From NCBI GenBank assembly GCA_002500565.1, contig DLRV01000020.1, forward strand, positions 1 through 63,836: DNA of 63,836 bases. Direction: 5' to 3'. Origin of the DNA: Holosporaceae bacterium UBA7879 (GTDB taxonomy: Bacteria > Pseudomonadota > Alphaproteobacteria > UBA7879). The translations under genes were made by a program, and so were the position numbers. This document shows positions 59,150-63,836 of the stretch, one piece after another (positions within the stretch are counted from its first letter, which is position 1; each line of letters starts with the position of its first letter). Under the pieces are notes generated by a model, which saw only the letters and a program-made list of their open reading frames with translations, was not told the DNA's origin and searched no databases.

Positions 59150-59992
59150 CTATGAATTGAAAAAAGTGCTGAGGGGGGAGGGGATGAGCTGCAGCGTATT
59201 GCCCAAATCATCCCGGGCTTTGAATTGATGGGTCTGTAGCAAATCTTTATGTTCATGGCGAATTAAGGCCAGGCCATGACTTTGGGTGTGACAGAGCAGC
59301 GATCCAACTTTTGTATCTTTACAAAAAATGTCTGTGCCCAGGGTTTCTGTGGGATTTGCAAGCTTAAAGCCCATGGCTTCTTTATGAATGCCACCACGGT
59401 GTTTGGTGCGGGCCATAAGCTCTTGGCCCATATAACACCCTTTGGTCCAACTGAGGGCGTTCATGGCATCGAAGTGATATTCAAGGATGACGCTTTTTTG
59501 TAGTTTGAGTTCTTCACTGCCCTCGGCAAGGCCCAATTGATAACGCTGATTTTGGTGTTCTGATGGGTTGGCAGTTGCCTCTAAAGCTGTGTTTTTTGGC
59601 ATAACAATAATAGAGCCAAGATCTGGATGACGTGGGTCTTTGGCCTGGAAGAATGCATCTGAATGGGATTTAGCCGCCAAATCAACATACACCAAAAATT
59701 CAGCCGACATGTCTTGTATGGTCATTTGATTACGCAATTTGTAAAGCTTGAGCAATTTAGTGAAATCAGCAACCCGAGCGGTTTCTACCAGGGCATAATA
59801 AACGCTGTCTTTTTTAAAAAGAAAAAAATCAAATTGATAACGGCCTTGAGCGCTTAGCCAAGCTGTGTAGAGCAGGGGGTGTTGATTCAGCAATGCAATA
59901 TCGTTGGTGATTAGCCCCTGCAAGACCTGGCCAGCATCGGCGCCAGAAAGGGCAACAACAGCGCGGGTGTTATAAGGGCAGAGCATCATCAA
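59150..59992 (-). CDS. ygfZ: Folate-binding YgfZ/GcvT-family protein (Fe-S cluster repair / tRNA modification associated)
   Basis: N-terminus RAVVALSGADAGQVLQGLITNDI and the signature KGCYMGQELMARTKHRGGIHK. Confidence 0.8.
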   Translation of the reverse strand: MMMLCPYNTRAVVALSGADAGQVLQGLITNDIALLNQHPLLYTAWLSAQGRYQFDFFLFKKDSVYYALVETARVADFTKLLKLYKLRNQMTIQDMSAEFLVYVDLAAKSHSDAFFQAKDPRHPDLGSIIVMPKNTALEATANPSEHQNQRYQLGLAEGSEELKLQKSVILEYHFDAMNALSWTKGCYMGQELMARTKHRGGIHKEAMGFKLANPTETLGTDIFCKDTKVGSLLCHTQSHGLALIRHEHKDLLQTHQFKARDDLGNTLQLIPSPLSTFFNS

Positions 59993-60923
59993 TCTCCTTT
60001 TTCAAAGGGCGGGCCAATAAATCTTGGATCAAATCTTTTGGGTTTTGGTTTTGGGTGACCATCTGGATAACAGCGGTGCAAATGGGCAGATCGACCGGAT
60101 GGCGTTGCAACAGCTTGACCAATGATCGGGCGGTGGAAACGCCCTCAACGGTGCCAATTTCATTTAGGGCATCAGCAACTGAATGACCATTGGCCAGCAT
60201 GTTGCCAAAGCGGAAGTTGCGGGAGGTGTGGCTGGTGCAGGTTAAGATGGTATCGCCCATGCCCGAGAGGCCGGCAAAGGTTTCAGCCTTAGCGCCAAGA
60301 TGAATGCCAAGGCGCATCATTTCATGGAGGCCGCGGGTCATAATAAGAGCTTGCATATTTTGCCCAAGTTTGGCGCCATGGCAATAGCCGGTGGCAATGG
60401 CAATAATATTTTTCAAGGCGCCACCAATTTGGATGCCAATTTGATCGGTGCAGTGATAGAGGCGCAGGGATTGTGGATTGAACATGGTTTGCAAGATTGG
60501 CCAAGATTGTGCCGGACAATATAAAGAGGCTGCAGCGCTGAGGCCACTGGCTATTTCATGGGCCAAATTTGGACCGGACAAAACAGATTGTGTCGCATTT
60601 GAAAAATACTTGTCATAGAGGGTGGAGAGAACCTGACCGGTGGATTGATCCAAGCCTTTGGTGGCGCTTATCAAGGTAGTTGGCTGTAGATTGACTTGTT
60701 GCATTTCAGCCAGAACGGATGCCAACGCGGCAGAGGGAATGGCAATGATAAGGTGCGGGCAATCTGCCAAATCAGTTAGGGTATCTGTGATGGGATAATC
60801 GGTTGGTAAGGTGATAGGATCGCGGGACCAAGCCAATACCAAATGGCCAGCCTGATGGGCAAGACCAGCCAGCGCGCTGCCCCAGGCCCCATAACCAACA
60901 ATGCCAAGATGTAATTTTTCCAT
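59970..60923 (-). CDS. gpsA: NAD(P)H-dependent glycerol-3-phosphate dehydrogenase
   Basis: Rossmann GIVGYGAWGSALA, GALKNIIAIATG, and LSGMGDTILTCTSHTSRNFRFG. Confidence 0.92.
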   Translation of the reverse strand: MEKLHLGIVGYGAWGSALAGLAHQAGHLVLAWSRDPITLPTDYPITDTLTDLADCPHLIIAIPSAALASVLAEMQQVNLQPTTLISATKGLDQSTGQVLSTLYDKYFSNATQSVLSGPNLAHEIASGLSAAASLYCPAQSWPILQTMFNPQSLRLYHCTDQIGIQIGGALKNIIAIATGYCHGAKLGQNMQALIMTRGLHEMMRLGIHLGAKAETFAGLSGMGDTILTCTSHTSRNFRFGNMLANGHSVADALNEIGTVEGVSTARSLVKLLQRHPVDLPICTAVIQMVTQNQNPKDLIQDLLARPLKKEIDDALPL

Positions 60924-60999
60924 GCCGTCACTTTATTTTTTATTGCTGCATAAATCAAGGAGGCTTTGAAGGGGTTATTACATGGATATGAAGTTGTAT

Positions 61000-61425
61000 G
61001 AGATTTTCGCGTTGTTTCTACGAAACTCCTCAGAATGACGTGTTCAGGTAGATGCTGCGCAAAACACCAGTCACCCTGAGGAAGGACGAAGTCCTGACGT
61101 GAGGGTCTTTACCATACAGTATTGAATCAGATTCTCACGTCGTTGCCATGCAACTCCTCAGAATGGCGTGTGTTCTGTAAAACGTGAGGGTCTAGTGAAA
61201 AGTGGATCAGACTCTCACGCGGATTAAAAATCCGCTCAGAATGACGGGTTCTAGAATGAGATCATCACGTCGTGGATTCTCCACTCCTCATGATGATGTG
61301 TTTTTTGTATGGCAAGAGAGATTGCCACGTCGGCCGCTGGCCTCTTTGCAATGACGGGTTTGGGGGGTGGCCGCATCAAACACCAGTCACCCTGAGGAGA
61401 AATGAAATTTCGACGTGAGGGTCTT
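61000..61425. repeat. Array A of ~40-nt double-stem palindromic modules (7 full copies plus 1 half)
   Basis: Modules at 61000-61040(+), 61069-61109(-), 61128-61168(+), 61208-61246(+), 61258-61298(+), 61318-61356(+) and 61385-61425(-), with a half module at 61180-61194. Consensus: GAGAT-NNN-CACGTCG-[hairpin]-CTCCTC-N'N'N'-ATGACG. Confidence 0.9.
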
Positions 61426-61553
61426 ATACGCAGCAAAAAGATGTTGCAGATTAGCAACTCTAGAGGAGTTTTTTTTGAATCCAACAGAGACATAGCCATT
61501 GACGGGAAATTTCTGTATGGTAACTTCAAATATAGATTTAATAGGGTTTTTAC

Positions 61554-62279
61554 ATGAAAAAAGTATCTTTATATGTGTTAGCTGGTCTAATGGCTGGTGG
61601 CGTGTCGGCAAAAGTTGACAGCGGTTTCTATGCCGGTGTTGGCGTGTCGATGAATAATAATAAGTATAAGCACAATGTGGTCACAACGGATAATAACCTT
61701 GTCCTTGATGCTGAGAGTTTTTCTAATAAGTTCTCAAAAAACACAGTTATGCCAGAAATTTTTGTGGGATACCTGTGTGTTGGGAAATCCTTTGCGTGGG
61801 CCCCTGAGCTGCATGTTGGCAACGACTTTGGTAAGCGCGATTCATATAACTTGGCTAATGATGCTGTTGACCTTTATCAAACAACAGAAGTTAAAAAGCG
61901 TTTGAATCTTGGCCTGGACATGAAATTAGGACGTATCGTTGAAGACAGCGCTTTTGTGTATGGTGTGCTTGGTTTAGACCTATCCCGGTATAAAGTTTCT
62001 TATCGCCAAGATGAGGTAGATGCCGCCGGGGCTGTGGACTCTACACGTACATTTAGTCCCTCCGCCAAATTTGTTCCAGGACTCAAGGTAGGGGCTGGGG
62101 CTGATGTTTATACGAACCAGAACCTGTTTATCGGCGGAGAAGTAAACTACACGTTCCGTTCTAAAAGCATTAAATCCAACAACCAAGCAGAAAATCTTGG
62201 TATGGATCAGAATGTAAATAATAAACTAAGACCAAAAAACAGCTTGGCTGTTAAGGTCAAAATTGGTTGGAAGTTTTAA
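61554..62279 (+). CDS. Outer-membrane beta-barrel protein (OMP_b-brl / Omp25-Omp31-like)
   Basis: Signal peptide MKKVSLYVLAGLMAGGVSA, FYAGVGV start strand, alternating hydrophobic pattern, C-terminal KIGWKF ending in Phe. Confidence 0.8.
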   Translation: MKKVSLYVLAGLMAGGVSAKVDSGFYAGVGVSMNNNKYKHNVVTTDNNLVLDAESFSNKFSKNTVMPEIFVGYLCVGKSFAWAPELHVGNDFGKRDSYNLANDAVDLYQTTEVKKRLNLGLDMKLGRIVEDSAFVYGVLGLDLSRYKVSYRQDEVDAAGAVDSTRTFSPSAKFVPGLKVGAGADVYTNQNLFIGGEVNYTFRSKSIKSNNQAENLGMDQNVNNKLRPKNSLAVKVKIGWKF

Positions 62280-62303
62280 AGTAATCTAACAGGGAGAGAG
62301 AAT

Positions 62304-63401
62304 ATGATGAAAAAAATTTTAACAGTTGGAGCTTTAGCAGCTCTGCTTAGTGGTGTGAATGCGGAAGCAATTCGTTTTGATCAAATCAAACAAAAAGCCG
62401 TGCGCAGTTCATTGGTCCAAACAGGGCTTAAGGCGGGTATGGACGAGCTGCAAGCAGCGGGCGTGCCCGTTTGGAGCTATTTTAAGTCTGAAAAAGACTT
62501 CTTGCCTTTGATTAAAGCTAAGAAGCAAGGCAAAGACCCACTGGCTGTATACTGGGCGCAGATTGATAAAAATGCCACGCGAGAAGAGAAAGAAAGAATG
62601 CTTCCTGGTGGGCCGGCAGCGGCAGCAGCAGACGCCTTGGGTATGGACAGATATGCCGGCAAAATAAAGGCTGAGAATTATCCTTACTTGTTAGGTAAGT
62701 TTGCTGATGCCATGGAAATTAAGAGAGGTCCAGATTTATCAAAGAGAGCAAAGGGTTTTCTGCGGAAGGCTAAAAACAATAATGCGTTTGCTTCTGCTTA
62801 TGAAATTAAGGATCCATATGAGTTAAACCGTCTTTATGCTGGAAATTTGAGGCAGGGTTTTTGGATAAAAAAAATCATATCTAATGATAGATTAATTCAG
62901 TACTTCAACACACAGGTGTTGCCAGCGGATGCTATTGCCAACGTTGGACCTGGGTCTTCTAGTGCGCAGTTCCAAAATGCCATTAAGCAAGTGTTCTATG
63001 TGATGCACATGCACAATCAAAACATCCGTCAGGATGGAAGTATGGTAGGCGGTACTAGAGAGTCAAGGGCCATACTCTTTACTGTAACAGGGGTCAATGA
63101 CCAAGGATATCGCGTAAGCTTCGTGAACCTTAGGGGTAGATTTCAACATGCTTTTGTGCCTTTCTTGGGCGCTATGCAAGGGCAATATAAACCCTTAAAA
63201 ATAGGGCAACTGTTGGTGGCCAAAATCAATTATGGCGTTAATCGTCAGCTTCAAAACTTAGATTTCCCAGGTAATGATAATCTTCAAGGTGAAATTAATG
63301 GTAATCAGTTTGATATAAACCCTAACATACCAGCAGGTGCTCAAGAAAATTATCGTTTAACACTACTGCCTATTATCAAAGGATTGGTTCCTGTTCGTTA
63401 A
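62304..63401 (+). CDS. Orphan exported protein (365 aa)
   Basis: Signal peptide MMKKILTVGALAALLSGVNA. I recognise no domain. Lies 24 nt after the OMP gene and is followed by a terminator. Confidence 0.7.
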   Translation: MMKKILTVGALAALLSGVNAEAIRFDQIKQKAVRSSLVQTGLKAGMDELQAAGVPVWSYFKSEKDFLPLIKAKKQGKDPLAVYWAQIDKNATREEKERMLPGGPAAAAADALGMDRYAGKIKAENYPYLLGKFADAMEIKRGPDLSKRAKGFLRKAKNNNAFASAYEIKDPYELNRLYAGNLRQGFWIKKIISNDRLIQYFNTQVLPADAIANVGPGSSSAQFQNAIKQVFYVMHMHNQNIRQDGSMVGGTRESRAILFTVTGVNDQGYRVSFVNLRGRFQHAFVPFLGAMQGQYKPLKIGQLLVAKINYGVNRQLQNLDFPGNDNLQGEINGNQFDINPNIPAGAQENYRLTLLPIIKGLVPVR

Positions 63402-63426
63402 CAATAATGAGTTAATTCTGAATTTA

Positions 63427-63452
63427 AAAACCCTGCTTCGGCAGGGTTTTTT
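63427..63452 (+). terminator. Rho-independent terminator of the OMP/orphan operon
   Basis: AAAAA-CCCTGC-ttcg-GCAGGG-TTTTTT: a UUCG-type tetraloop hairpin with a T6 tail. Confidence 0.85.
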
Positions 63453-63466
63453 GTTGGGCGTTAAAG

Positions 63467-63836
63467 GAGATTGCCACGTCGGTCGCTGGCCTCCTCGCAA
63501 TGATATGGAAAGGAATGAGATTCTTACGTCGTTTCTGCGAAACGCCTCAGAATGACGGGCTTGGAGGGTGGCCGCACAAAACACCAGTCACCCTGAGGAG
63601 AAATGAAATTTCGACGCGAGGGTCTTACCTACAGTGTTGAATCAGATTCTCGCGTCGTTGCTATGCAACTCCTCAGAATGACGTGTGTTCTGTAAGACGT
63701 GGGGGTCTAGTGAAAAGTGGATCAGATTCTCACACGGATTTTCAATCCGCTCAGAATGACGGGTTTTTTATTCTCAACTCCTTCAGAGTGACTGGTTTTT
63801 GGGTAAAACGCTTCAGAATTGTATAAGTTAAGAGAT
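63467..63836. repeat. Array B of the same module family (5 full, 1 degenerate and 2 partial copies), running to the window end
   Basis: Modules at 63467-63504(+), 63517-63557(+), 63586-63626(-), 63643-63683(+) and 63723-63761(+). A degenerate copy lies at 63768-63794, with partial copies at 63696-63710 and 63806-63818. Confidence 0.9.

Noticed and set aside
61000-61425. Possible CRISPR array, given many short repeats in an intergenic region
   Set aside because: Repeat spacing is irregular (roughly 50-130 nt) and copies occur in both orientations. The variable parts are self-complementary hairpins rather than spacers, and no cas genes are nearby.
61000-61425. Integron attC-like recombination sites
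   Set aside because: There are no RYYYAAC/GTTRRRY core sites, no intI gene and no promoterless cassettes between sites. The modules are shorter than typical attC sites.
61251-61529. ORF-track ORFs inside the repeat arrays (61251..61529 minus, 61387..61611 minus, 63363..63584 minus)
   Set aside because: They run straight through the palindromic modules and have no start context. Their similarity to each other is explained entirely by the DNA repeats.

Overview
About 64 kb of chromosome from an alphaproteobacterium, judged from gene order and protein signatures. Tight gene packing, AT-rich accessory patches and an expanded set of exported Sel1-repeat proteins suggest a host-associated Holosporales/Rickettsiales-like lineage; this is inference only. 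Core genes on the plus strand: sdhA (5' partial)-sdhB, an ompR/envZ-like pair, ftsEX, plsC, accBC, a complete dcw operon mraZ-rsmH-ftsL-ftsI-murE-murF-mraY-murD-ftsW-murG-murC-murB-ftsQ-ftsA-ftsZ (no ddl), a ZitP-like zinc-finger gene, tal, xerC-like, PCuAC, ileS-lspA, pgi, mutL, ssb, gyrA and coaD. Core genes on the minus strand: priA, mreB-mreC-mreD-mrdA-rodA, ygfZ and gpsA. Five accessory or unusual regions stand out. (1) An AT-rich five-gene island (8268-11778) holds two small paralogous orphans transcribed divergently from two coupled LysR-type regulators and a 2OG-Fe(II) oxygenase. (2) Three tandem exported Sel1-repeat genes (34.4-40.9 kb) have homogenised promoters, signal peptides and 3' flanks, plus recent intragenic repeat duplications. 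(3) Orphan exported proteins lie at 29863-30609 and 62304-63401. (4) A 25-codon lipoprotein-signal-only mini-gene sits beside a LuxR-type solo regulator. (5) The strongest novelty candidate is two arrays (61000-61425 and 63467-63836) of a roughly 40-nt modular element. Its loop sequences are conserved, its two stems covary, and it occurs in both orientations, bracketing an OMP/orphan two-gene cassette. I found no rRNA, tRNA, CRISPR array, transposase or phage gene. All coordinates and mismatch counts come from reading the sequence and the ORF track by eye, with no computation.
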